Origin: Candidatus Latescibacterota bacterium
GTDB taxonomy: Bacteria; Latescibacterota; UBA2968; GCA-2709665
DNA length: 64,000 nucleotides
Assembly (NCBI GenBank): GCA_965226795.1
Contig: CBDDDZ010000002.1
Coordinates: 608,001 to 672,000 of the forward strand
Reading direction: 5' to 3'
Positions 20,352-29,952 of this stretch are shown piece by piece; position 1 is the stretch's first letter; the number at the start of each line of letters is the position of its first letter. A model generated the notes under the pieces. That model saw only the letters and a program-made list of their open reading frames with translations. It made no database searches and was not told the origin of the DNA. Made by a program: the position numbers and the translations under genes.

Positions 20352-21562
20352 GGAAGGGAAACCCTTCAGGAGTGAAGTCCGGAATGCAACCGTTCTTTTC
20401 TGTTGCGCGATTCGATCGGCTTCTGGAATCGGCCGACATGGAGGCGATGCTGTTCTGCCGTCCCGCCTCCTTCCTCTATTTTACGACGTTGCCCTGGTAT
20501 GAAAGGGTCCATTTTTCCGATATGCCGGGACAATATGTCGTGCCGATCGCCGGATACGTTCGCGGTCGCCCGGATCAGGCTTTTTCCACGGCGTCGGCTC
20601 AGATGGATTTCCCGGATTTCAAGGCCCGGAATATCTGGATTCCGGATGTTCGTCCCACAATGGGCGCGGCGTCGTACGAGCGGCAGGCCGAGCATATCAT
20701 CCGGGTTCTCCGCGAAAAGGGCGTTCAGTCGGGCCAGGTGGGCATCGAACGGGGCACGCTTTCCCACGACCTGGTCGCGGCGCTTGATGCTCTCGCTCCC
20801 GATATCCGCTGGACGGAGAGCCGGGAGATACTCTTCAAACTCCAGGAGTTCAAGTCCAACGAAGAATTGGACAGGCTCAGGGCGGCCTGCCGGATCACGG
20901 AAAAGGGGATGATGCGCGTATTCGACCGTCTCGCTGCCGATGTGACCCCCGAGGAACTGATGGACGTCTATGTAAGATCCACCGCGGGACTCTATGCGGA
21001 GCGTTTCGGACATTTTTTTTCGGTCCACTTCAAGGATTTCCACTTTACCGGCCGCGAGTTGAAGGGTCCTCCCCTGAAGCCGGAGACACTCATTCATATC
21101 GACGTGTCAACTGTCTACAAGGGACTCATCTCGGATATCGGGAGGAATTTTTATTTCGGCGCTTCGGTGCCGCCGGAAGTGGAGCGGTGCAGTCTGGCCT
21201 GCACAAGAACAACGCAGGTCGTTTTCGACCATTTGAAACCCGGAATCTCCTGCGCCAAGGTGGACAGCTTGTCGAAAGACGTCCTTTTTGATTCGCTGGG
21301 CGATCCGACAGGCCTCAACGTGGGCTTTCATTCGCACGGAATCGGCTGGATTCTGTACAGCTATCCGTTAATTTCTCCCGAACCGGAAGGTGAAATCCTT
21401 CCCGGCCATGCGTTCACGCTGGAGTACAAGGTGAAATATCCCGGCATTGGACACTTCAAGTGCGAAGATACATTTGCGATGCACGAAAATGGTCCGGAAT
21501 GCCTCTGCGGGCTCGAGCGGAAGCTCTTCGTGCAGTCGGGCGACGCTCCGAAGGGCGGGTGA
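20348..21562 (+). CDS. M24 (Xaa-Pro peptidase/creatinase-like) family protein
   Basis: KSNEELDRLR.A, HIDV....G..SDIGR, HGIG, TLE, CEDT; alternative start ATG 20384. Confidence 0.87.
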   Translation: MRKGNPSGVKSGMQPFFSVARFDRLLESADMEAMLFCRPASFLYFTTLPWYERVHFSDMPGQYVVPIAGYVRGRPDQAFSTASAQMDFPDFKARNIWIPDVRPTMGAASYERQAEHIIRVLREKGVQSGQVGIERGTLSHDLVAALDALAPDIRWTESREILFKLQEFKSNEELDRLRAACRITEKGMMRVFDRLAADVTPEELMDVYVRSTAGLYAERFGHFFSVHFKDFHFTGRELKGPPLKPETLIHIDVSTVYKGLISDIGRNFYFGASVPPEVERCSLACTRTTQVVFDHLKPGISCAKVDSLSKDVLFDSLGDPTGLNVGFHSHGIGWILYSYPLISPEPEGEILPGHAFTLEYKVKYPGIGHFKCEDTFAMHENGPECLCGLERKLFVQSGDAPKGG

Positions 21563-21609
21563 TCGGGAGCGGCTCAGGGGCCACAGTGTCGGAGAACGTT
21601 TCAGCCCGT

Positions 21610-21734
21610 TCCACCGGTCTCCAATCGCCTTTGCCTTTTCTAACGTCTTCCGTCTCAAGTCTTACCCTGGATTGGGTTGGATGGGCGGTGTAACCGCTGA
21701 AAGCTCGTTTCTCAGACCAACGGGAGTTTCAGGT
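21610..21734 (+). repeat. Heptamer-rich intergenic repeat, copy C (partial)
   Basis: CTTTGCCTTTTCTAACGTCTTCCGTCTCAAGTCTTACCCTGGATTGGG... aligns with 16291-16390. Confidence 0.6.
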
Positions 21735-23168
21735 ATGTATCAAGGGGTTTTGTACGCAGGTGCGGCCCAACGGGTGATTACACCGCCGGTAGGCGTGTCG
21801 ATGTCCGGGTGGAACCCCCGGGCCTCAGGCGATATCAAGTCGCGTTACGTACACGACGATCTGTATGCCAGGGCTCTGGTGCTGTCCAACGGTGAACGGG
21901 CGTGGGCCCTGGTTACCGTCGATCTGACGGGGGTGGACGCGGTCGCGACCGGGCAGATCCGCCGCGGCGCCGCGGCGGTGACGGGGCTTTGTCCCGAAGC
22001 GATTATGATCTGCGCGACCCACACGCACTCGGGGCCGGCGTTCTGCCCCGTGGCCACGACGTACAGCCCGGAGGATATGGCCCGCCTCACCGTAAGGGGA
22101 GATGGCTCGGCGCCCGCCGCCATGGGCGAGGTCACGGCGGTCTCGCCCTCCGCCAGTTGGGTGGGCGAGACAGGCATGGAATGGAAGTCGTGGTTTGTCG
22201 CGCAGGCGGTCGCGGCCGTGGAGGAGGCCTATGATGCGCGGCGACCTGCCGCGGTGGGGTTCGGAGAGGCCCCGGTCGAGGGCGTGGCCAGTTCGAGACG
22301 CGTTCTGATGTCGGACGGGAGTTGGGGAGATCCGAGGCGGGAGTCCGTCGATGGCGTCCGGGTGGTTTCGCGTACGCGGATCGATCCACTGGTGCGGGTG
22401 TTCGCCGTGAGGGAGCAGGGGACCGAAGCGCCGCTGGCGGCAGTGATCAACTACGGCACCCATCCGTGGATTTTCTGCGGATCGGGCATCTCCGCCGAAA
22501 TCGCGGGCGCGGCGGCTGATCGGGTGTCGGAAACGTGGGCGCGCGAAGGGTCCGAACCGCCGGTCGTACTCTATACCGCCGGACCGGAGGGCGACGTCAC
22601 CACAATCTGGAATATCGATATTGAGGCCGTGTGGAAGACCCGACCGGGCGAGGATCCCGAAGCGAGCCTGGCAAGACGGGAGCGGGGATTCGAACGGGAA
22701 CTGGCGCGTCTGAGCGGGCGGGTGGCGCACGGGGCGATGTCGGCGATCGGCGGCGTGGCGGCCTGGGATGCGACGCCGGAGGTGTGGGCCCGCCGGCGGG
22801 AGGTGGCGCTGCCTCTGAAGGAGGGGTACCGCCACGTGGAAGACGTCCTCCTGGCCGATTGGCAGCGTGCGGCGCCGGAATCCCATCACCTCACGGAAGT
22901 ACAGGCGCTGGGGGTGGGTGAGGGGGTCTTTCTGGGGCTTCCTGGAGAACCGTTTACGTCTCTTGGCACGGCAATCCGGGAGCAGTCCGGTTCCCGCCAA
23001 CTGGTGATTGCCGCGCTTGCGAACGAGTTCGGCGCCATCAGCTACGTCGCCGACCGGGAGGCCTTCGACCTGGGAGGGTACGAGACCGCGTTCACTCCCG
23101 TGGGTTCGGGTGGTGGCGAGGCGCTGGTGGATGGCGCGATCGGGCTGTTGGGCGAGACGTTAGATTAA
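21735..23168 (+). CDS. Neutral/alkaline ceramidase-like amidohydrolase
   Basis: ITPPVG..MSG, HDDLYARALV, ATHTHSGP, NYGTHP, LPGEPF, GGYE. Confidence 0.82.
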   Translation: MYQGVLYAGAAQRVITPPVGVSMSGWNPRASGDIKSRYVHDDLYARALVLSNGERAWALVTVDLTGVDAVATGQIRRGAAAVTGLCPEAIMICATHTHSGPAFCPVATTYSPEDMARLTVRGDGSAPAAMGEVTAVSPSASWVGETGMEWKSWFVAQAVAAVEEAYDARRPAAVGFGEAPVEGVASSRRVLMSDGSWGDPRRESVDGVRVVSRTRIDPLVRVFAVREQGTEAPLAAVINYGTHPWIFCGSGISAEIAGAAADRVSETWAREGSEPPVVLYTAGPEGDVTTIWNIDIEAVWKTRPGEDPEASLARRERGFERELARLSGRVAHGAMSAIGGVAAWDATPEVWARRREVALPLKEGYRHVEDVLLADWQRAAPESHHLTEVQALGVGEGVFLGLPGEPFTSLGTAIREQSGSRQLVIAALANEFGAISYVADREAFDLGGYETAFTPVGSGGGEALVDGAIGLLGETLD

Positions 23169-23230
23169 AGGTTTGTGAAGGAGGGCTGACTTCGAGAGTC
23201 TTGTACACCCTTCACAGAGGATTAAACACG

Positions 23231-23965
23231 ATGACAGGGATTGAACCTGCACCCCGTTTGACGGACCTGAGCGGCGCCAGAATTGGACTGCTGGATCCGG
23301 GAAAGCGCAATACCGGCGCCGTCCTCAACGCGATTGGGGAACGCCTTGCAGAAGATTTCGGTGCGAATGTGATTCGTACCTGGACGAAAACGTCGGCATA
23401 TCGCGTAAGCTCGAAGAAACTCGTCGAAGAGATCGTTCCCCAATGCGATGGCCTTGTCATGGGGATGGTCGACTGATGCGGCGCCAGTTCGTGCAGTCTG
23501 CACGATATGCTGGAATTCGAACTGAGAGGCGTTCCGACTGCATATATCACGGCCAGGGGTCGTGTTCCGGCAATCGAACGTATTGAAGGCGGACATCTCT
23601 TGACGCATCGATTGGATAGGGATCTGGCGGCGAAATGGGACGATTCCGGCCAACCGTCCGATCGGCTTCAACGTGACCTTATCCATTTTGGGTTTCATCG
23701 GTTCATGAGGGCGAGTGGGGTGAAAGAGGGCGATCACGTAATCATGGGGGGTAAGAAACTCCGGTGGACCTATCCACGGAAAGAGTTGGAAGCCCGTGTC
23801 AAGCCTGCCGGAATCGGCGCCTGGTCGAGCCGTAAGGACGGTATCATCGGCTACAGAAGCATCGATTTGTCTCCGGACCGCGCACCTGTCGAAGGCGATG
23901 ATTTCGAAGCGTGTGTCCGGATAGCCGTTCCGGAGGTTGTCTCGATTTTGACGGGAGTTAAGTGA
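23231..23965 (+). CDS. UGSC-family thioredoxin-like selenoprotein (Sec at TGA 23474-23476) with inserted domain
   Basis: ORFs 23201..23476 and 23507..23965 are in one frame, interrupted only by TGA. Read-through gives APRLTDLSGARIGLLDPGKRN...CDGLVMGMVD-U-CGASSCSLHD...ELRGVPT, the UGSC family layout. A SECIS-like hairpin follows. Start may be 23201 (TTG) or 23231 (ATG). Confidence 0.85.
23489..23505 (+). promoter_or_regulatory. Bacterial SECIS-like hairpin
   Basis: TCGTGCA-GTC-TGCACGA; the loop G is 20 nt after the UGA, and the GCAGTCTGCAC apex resembles the E. coli fdhF SECIS apex (GCAGGTCTGCAC). Confidence 0.75.
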
Positions 23966-24019
23966 TCATGGTCCCGTCGGCAGCCCCGGGCTTGTCGAGA
24001 CGATCGTTGAGCCAGTCGA

Positions 24020-24135
24020 AGCGTGGTCATTGAGCTTGTCGAAATGCCCGCATATATACAACAAGCAGATATTTTAGAGAGCGCTAATGTTTCGTTACCC
24101 TTCGCCGACCCTTCGACAAGCTCAGGGAGCGGCTC
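24020..24135. repeat. TTCGACAAGCTCA-type palindromic repeat pair
   Basis: TGAGCTTGTCGAA (~24031) and its inverse TTCGACAAGCTCA (~24112); the same unit occurs at 48507-48575. Confidence 0.7.
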
Positions 24136-24200
24136 AGAGTGCGGGCTCAGCGTCGGTCTGCCGGAGGGACGGTGCGCGAAGAGAAACTATGAAATAGTCC

Positions 24201-24271
24201 TTGACAAACCGCAAAATCGTAACGTATTTTAAATAGTAGAAATTTCTTAGGACGGCGTTGCATGTTGCAAC
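24201..24271 (+). promoter_or_regulatory. Candidate sigma70 promoter and palindromic operator for the TonB receptor operon
   Basis: TTGACA-18 nt-TATTTT in an AT-rich stretch; palindrome GTTGCA-TGT-TGCAAC at 24257-24271. Confidence 0.45.
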
Positions 24272-24386
24272 AGGATACATTGTTTCGCGATCGGTGCGGA
24301 ATAGTAATTCTCGAGTTTCCAGGCGGAATTTCACTCGATTCTCGCTCTGGATCTTTAGGTAATACATATGGATGGGGGATACCGGA

Positions 24387-27300
24387 ATGGACAGGCCGAA
24401 GACTAATCTGGTTGTCACGTTAGCGATCCTTACGGTTTTTGCGTTATCCGGCGCGGCGTTGGCCGGTACTACGGGCAAAATCGTTGGAACGGTGATCGAC
24501 GAGAACGGGGAGCCGCTGCCCGGCGCCAGTGTGGTCCTCGAAGGGACGCGGCTGGGCGCTTCCACGGATGCCGAGGGGTTCTACATTATTCTTTCCGCCG
24601 ATCCGGCAATGTACAAGATGACGGCTTCGATGGTTGGCTACCATTCGGTGACACAGGAGCAGATCCAGGTCCGGTCGGATTTCACCGTGACGCTGGATTT
24701 TCGGCTTCGTGAACAGGAGTTGGAGTTGGAGGAGATGGTTGTCGTTGCTGAAGCCCCTCCCGTGGAGCCGGACAAGACGGAGAGCCGGTACGTGGTGACC
24801 GCCCAGGATATCGCGCGGACGCCAATTCTCAGAGACCCCTCCGAGTTTGTCGCGCTGGAGGCGGGTGTGGCGGTGGACGGCAGCGGCGTTATTCGCGGCG
24901 GTCAGGTGGAAGACAATCTGATCTACGTGGACGGCGTGCGGCTGCAGAGCCAGGACGGGCGCGCCGGACCCACGTCATCCGGAAGGCAGTGGTGGGGCGC
25001 CAACGTAAAGGCGTTGCAGGAGGTCTCCGTGATCACCGGCGGGATGAACGCCGAGTACGGAAACGCGCAGGCGGGTGTGGTGCAGATGGTGACGCGGGAT
25101 GGAGGATCGACGTACCACGGGGAGGCCGAGTATCGGCTGACGCCCGGCGGCAAGAAACACTGGGGCGCCAACATATACGACGCGCCGGAACACCGCGGGC
25201 ACATGCGGTGGAACGATCCCGCGTGGACATCCGAGGTGGATCCGGAGACCGGCGCGCTTGTTCACCAGCGCACAAACTATACGGATCAGCGGGGTCACTA
25301 TTTCGACGGATATCTCGGCGGCCCTCTCCTCCCGGAAACGTCCTTTTTCATCAGTTCGCGGCACCGCCGGGATGCCGCGGCATTTCCGGGGGCATGGTCT
25401 GTTCTTCCGTTCAATTCCCGGAACACGGCAAAGTTGACCATCCGGGCGCACGATAGTGTCAAGATGCAAATCGGGTGGATTCACGACCGTTGGAAGACTT
25501 TCAACAACGGCGGGCTGGGCGGGACAACCCCGTCTGTCAGCAACGTGCTCAGGGGCCCGGGCCGCGACATTTTTCTGCCCGAAGGGTCGCCCGCGGGGGA
25601 AACGGTCAACACCGAGAACGTCGTCTATGGCGTGATAACGCACACGGTCAGCCCACGGACCTTCTACGAATTGAGACTTTCGCGGTATCAGAGCACACAG
25701 GATACCAGCGGCGTTTCGAACACGACGGCGGACATAGGAAGCGATTCGGATGGCTGGTTCTACACCGGCCGGGCGGACGTTCGCGCGTATACCTTCGGCA
25801 AACAGACACGGAGCGGTCTGAAGTTCGACCTGTCAAGCCAACTCACGAAAACGCATTTCTACAAGATCGGGATCGATTTCACGGGCTATAGCAATCATTT
25901 CATTCGTGAAGGCAACACACCCGGTGACGCGCGGAAACAGATCCTGTATATTGGCAACCCGGAACCCGGAACGCCTATCGAGCCCAAGCAGTTCGCGGCC
26001 TATATCCAGGACAAGATGGAGTTCGAGGGTTTCATTGTAAACGCCGGTATCCGCTACGACCGCTTCTGGGGCGCCGACGTCCCGGTGATGGGGGCGTTGC
26101 GGGCGTTCCAGTACACGACGATGTCGCGGTATCTTACGGCGCCCAGGTACCCCATGAAGCCCCTCGTGAACTGGAGTCCTCGGTTGGGTATCTCCCACCC
26201 GATCACGTACAGGTCGAGCCTCCATTTCTTCTACGGTCATTTCTACCAGTTGCCGAGTTTTTATCAGATGTTCCACGACCAGTGGTTCGGCTCGGGCGAC
26301 GGGATACCGGGCATCGGCTTCAGCGAATACACCAGCCACTACCGTCCGGCAACCACGTCCATTGCGCGGCCGATGTGGGACAATACGGCGCGAACGATCA
26401 GCTTCGAACTGGGCGCCGACTGGAACTTCGTGTCCGACTATACCCTCGCGCTGGCGACGTTCTATAAGAGCGCTTCGTTCCAGGAAACCGGGGGTTGGGA
26501 CGTGTTCCTGTACCCGGAGTTGCGTGGGGCGGGCGTCCGCCTCCGCCAGCGGCTCACCAGCAGCCTGTCCAATATCCGCCTTGAAGACACGCGGGGCCTG
26601 GAATTCAGCTTGAGGAAGGGTTTCAGCCACTACTTCTCGTTCCGCGCGGCCCTCAACCTGGCCTGGAGCGACTACAGCCTCGGAGGGGGCGGCACCGTCA
26701 GCAACGGCGCAACAGTGATACCGGATTCGAATTACATTGCCAGCGGCAATTATTTCTTCGCGTGGGAGGTCGCGGGCGGCTCGGAGCGTCCGGTTACCCT
26801 TACGGATGAACAGATCCGGATCATCGGTCACGGCGCCAACGAAGCCATAAAAGCCGCACAGGCGGACCGGCGGGTCGCTGGAGGTTACGTCTACGACATG
26901 TCGACAAACAAGGACGCCATCGTGCCCACGTGGGAGGAAAACTGGTTATCCGAAGCGGCCGCCGAGGGGTCCCGGGGCCTGTGGATCGTGCATGGACACA
27001 GGGCGAATCCGGGCACGGACGTGGGCCGCCGGAGCCAGGGTAGTCTCCAGATGTTCCTGTCCACGCCGCAGGATTTCGGTACGGGGCCGAATATTGCGGG
27101 AAGCACGCTTCTGGGGGGCATCAACGCCAACCTGATCTACCGGATCTATACCGGATCGCAGTTTACGTATCTGGTCCTGGACGGTACGCGCCAGGTAGCG
27201 CGAGGACCATTGCGCACGGCTATGGATCTGAACTTGCAGAAACGCTTCGAAATCGGTCGGGCCAATGCCGACGTGTTCCTGGAGGTCTTCAATCTGTTCA

Positions 27301-27464
27301 ACCAGCAGGACGCGTTGGCCTCGGGAACCGACTATATGTGGTGGGGGCTGCAGACGCCCCGGCCGAACGATGCGAACTATCTCAATTACGGCGATTTTCA
27401 GGATCGCAGCCGGTATATCGGCGAACCCCGGATAACGCACGTGGGTATTCGAATCCGGTTTTAA
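24387..27464 (+). CDS. TonB-dependent receptor with N-terminal carboxypeptidase-regulatory-like domain
   Basis: Signal peptide, GTTGKIVGTVID.NGEPLPGASV, plug motifs IRGG...IYVDG and TGGMNAEYGNAQAGVV, YIQDKMEF, NAGIRYD, SPRLGISHP, C-terminal Phe. Confidence 0.93.
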   Translation: MDRPKTNLVVTLAILTVFALSGAALAGTTGKIVGTVIDENGEPLPGASVVLEGTRLGASTDAEGFYIILSADPAMYKMTASMVGYHSVTQEQIQVRSDFTVTLDFRLREQELELEEMVVVAEAPPVEPDKTESRYVVTAQDIARTPILRDPSEFVALEAGVAVDGSGVIRGGQVEDNLIYVDGVRLQSQDGRAGPTSSGRQWWGANVKALQEVSVITGGMNAEYGNAQAGVVQMVTRDGGSTYHGEAEYRLTPGGKKHWGANIYDAPEHRGHMRWNDPAWTSEVDPETGALVHQRTNYTDQRGHYFDGYLGGPLLPETSFFISSRHRRDAAAFPGAWSVLPFNSRNTAKLTIRAHDSVKMQIGWIHDRWKTFNNGGLGGTTPSVSNVLRGPGRDIFLPEGSPAGETVNTENVVYGVITHTVSPRTFYELRLSRYQSTQDTSGVSNTTADIGSDSDGWFYTGRADVRAYTFGKQTRSGLKFDLSSQLTKTHFYKIGIDFTGYSNHFIREGNTPGDARKQILYIGNPEPGTPIEPKQFAAYIQDKMEFEGFIVNAGIRYDRFWGADVPVMGALRAFQYTTMSRYLTAPRYPMKPLVNWSPRLGISHPITYRSSLHFFYGHFYQLPSFYQMFHDQWFGSGDGIPGIGFSEYTSHYRPATTSIARPMWDNTARTISFELGADWNFVSDYTLALATFYKSASFQETGGWDVFLYPELRGAGVRLRQRLTSSLSNIRLEDTRGLEFSLRKGFSHYFSFRAALNLAWSDYSLGGGGTVSNGATVIPDSNYIASGNYFFAWEVAGGSERPVTLTDEQIRIIGHGANEAIKAAQADRRVAGGYVYDMSTNKDAIVPTWEENWLSEAAAEGSRGLWIVHGHRANPGTDVGRRSQGSLQMFLSTPQDFGTGPNIAGSTLLGGINANLIYRIYTGSQFTYLVLDGTRQVARGPLRTAMDLNLQKRFEIGRANADVFLEVFNLFNQQDALASGTDYMWWGLQTPRPNDANYLNYGDFQDRSRYIGEPRITHVGIRIRF

Positions 27465-27564
27465 GTCATCCGGGTAACAACGCCTGCGGATGAACTCTTT
27501 TTCAGACAGCCCGGACAAACCGGATGCGGGAACAACTCATGCTGACACGAAGGAGACCTGGGAG

Positions 27565-29871
27565 ATGATCAAGTTTCCGAAGATCGAGGCGATAACAGTG
27601 CTTCTTGCGCTGCTTCTGTGCGTGCCGGACCCCGCGGCGGCACAGGAGAACCACAGGTTCCAGACGCGCGCGAAGGTGTGGGACATGTTCTGGAACTATG
27701 GCACCCAGGGCGTTTCCGAAGATCCGGACGCCTGGTTGAGCTATTACCGCCAGATGGGCATGCAATATCCGGGTGTGTGGACCCGACAGTATTCCACGGA
27801 ATTCCAGGACTACTGGGGAGAGCGGAACTGGGGTTCGCTTCATCCGGCCTATGCCGCCCTTTTCGAATCGACGGCCACGATGCCCGGTTTCAGCACGTAC
27901 ATAGCAACGCGCGCGTCGGACGATCCCGACGGCGAATACTACGTGTCCGTGTCGAAGCCTCGCGCCATAACGGACGACATCAGGATGATGTCATACGATG
28001 CGTCCATGGGGCCGGAGGCGACTATCGGGTACCCGAACTATTCTCCCGTAGGGCCCGCGATGGCCAACTGGTGGCCGGGGCAGCCCCCGGTAGAAAGCAG
28101 GTACGTCACCGAGATTCACAACTACCGGTACGGCCAGTATATGGATCCCGATAAAGATACGTTCCCCGAGAGCCTTCTCATTATGCGTTATACCACGAAG
28201 CGGGGGATCACGGTAACCAAAAAGGTCTATACCTGGAGTTATCCGGACTACGACGACTTTCAAATTATGGAATACGAGTTCGAGAACACCGGAGACTCCG
28301 ACGGAGACGGTTCGGCCGACCTTAACGGCGGTGCCGGACTGCAACTGAACGACACCTTTTTCGCCTTTTCGGTGCGATTTTTCATCTCCCAGGCAGGGCA
28401 CGGGTGGATGAACTACGATGCGTGGTACCGAAACACCAAATCGACCGACAACGACGACTGGTTCAAGTTCACCGAGGCGGCCAATTACGACGGCCCGGCC
28501 CTGGGTATGGGCATGAAAATGTGGTACGCCTTCGACGGGGACAACCCGCTCACGCCGGGCGACGACCTGGGCAAGCCATACAACCCTGCCACGGCAAACC
28601 CGGGCTATGTCGGGCGGCCATCGCAGGTGCGGGTACCGGGGGAGTTAACGGCATTTCAGTACACAGGATTCGCGCCCATCGCTTACCGGCCGTCAACCTC
28701 GAACGATCCGGGCACCTTTTCCTACGACACGAATGGCGACAACAGCTACGTCGCCCCCAGAATGGACGATCAGCCCCATACGGTCAGATGGTGGGAATAC
28801 CGGAACCGCGGCGACTTCGACGAGCCGGATCAGGGCAATCATTCCTTCCAGGAAATCTATGAAATGCTGGCGGGCGCCGAATCCGATATCAAAGATAATC
28901 CACCGGTGGTCGGGGCCTGGCATGGGTCGATCGCTTACGGTCCATACGATCTCGCGCCCGGCGACAAGGCCAAATTCGTTTTCGTTCTGGCCGCGGCCGC
29001 GCCCGCGGAAGAGAATATCTGGGGCTGGGCCAAGCTGGGCAACCAGGATGAGATGCGTACGGACAAGGCTTTCAACAACCTGGTCAAGCACGTCGACAAG
29101 GCCAAGGAAGCCTTTCAGTGGAACTACGACCTTCCCGACGCGCCCCCCGACGTGAAGGTCGACGTGAGCGTGACGACGGAAGGCTTCATTTCTCTCGGCT
29201 GGGATGGCACGGCCGACGACGCGGTCAACCCCGACTACTCGGGTGAGGAGGCCAGGGATGTGAGCGGCTACCGGGTATACCGCTCGCTCTTCAAACGCGA
29301 CGCCTGGGAATTGATGCAGGAAATCCCGTTAAAGGCAGATCCGTTTTACAGCGGCGGCAAGTACGAGTTTGTTGATACGAAATCGATTGCGGGATTCCTG
29401 TACGACTACAGTGTCCGCACGTACAGCGAGGCGCACAGCGACTGGAACGGCACCGGAATCGCCATACCCTCTCTGGAAAGCGGGAACAGTTCACCCGAGC
29501 AGTGGGTGAATGGCGTCAAGGTTTCGACCCCCTATGTCCCGTCCACGGCGCAGTCCGACCAACTGGATCGAAAGGTGATTGTGACCCCCAATCCATACCG
29601 GGACGACGGCGCTCACGCCTACGAGACCAAAGGCCAGATCCGATTCCTGAACATCCCGCGGAAGTGCCAGATCAGGATATATACGGTGGCCGGGGATCTG
29701 ATGGCAGAGGTGAATCACGACGACCAGGGGCGGGGCGAGACCACCTGGAGCCAGACAACCATCGACAACGTCGGTTCGGCTTCCGCCGGCGTGTACTTTT
29801 ACGTGGTCGAATCGCTGGTGGATGGGACAACCGGAAAAATTCAACGGGGAATATTCGTAATCAGCAAGTGA
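27565..29871 (+). CDS. Large secreted protein with FN3-like region and C-terminal T9SS-sorting/FlgD-Ig-like domain
   Basis: Signal peptide; GYRVYRS...FVD...Y.YSV; C-terminus VTPNPY...IRFLNIP..C.IRIYTVAGDL...W...AGVYFYVVE...K. Confidence 0.8.
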   Translation: MIKFPKIEAITVLLALLLCVPDPAAAQENHRFQTRAKVWDMFWNYGTQGVSEDPDAWLSYYRQMGMQYPGVWTRQYSTEFQDYWGERNWGSLHPAYAALFESTATMPGFSTYIATRASDDPDGEYYVSVSKPRAITDDIRMMSYDASMGPEATIGYPNYSPVGPAMANWWPGQPPVESRYVTEIHNYRYGQYMDPDKDTFPESLLIMRYTTKRGITVTKKVYTWSYPDYDDFQIMEYEFENTGDSDGDGSADLNGGAGLQLNDTFFAFSVRFFISQAGHGWMNYDAWYRNTKSTDNDDWFKFTEAANYDGPALGMGMKMWYAFDGDNPLTPGDDLGKPYNPATANPGYVGRPSQVRVPGELTAFQYTGFAPIAYRPSTSNDPGTFSYDTNGDNSYVAPRMDDQPHTVRWWEYRNRGDFDEPDQGNHSFQEIYEMLAGAESDIKDNPPVVGAWHGSIAYGPYDLAPGDKAKFVFVLAAAAPAEENIWGWAKLGNQDEMRTDKAFNNLVKHVDKAKEAFQWNYDLPDAPPDVKVDVSVTTEGFISLGWDGTADDAVNPDYSGEEARDVSGYRVYRSLFKRDAWELMQEIPLKADPFYSGGKYEFVDTKSIAGFLYDYSVRTYSEAHSDWNGTGIAIPSLESGNSSPEQWVNGVKVSTPYVPSTAQSDQLDRKVIVTPNPYRDDGAHAYETKGQIRFLNIPRKCQIRIYTVAGDLMAEVNHDDQGRGETTWSQTTIDNVGSASAGVYFYVVESLVDGTTGKIQRGIFVISK

Positions 29872-29952
29872 GACGGCCGAATTACCGAGTCAGGGATTCT
29901 CGATTCGCCTTCTCGTCGAACCGCCAAACAGAAACGGAGAAGGAACAAACCT

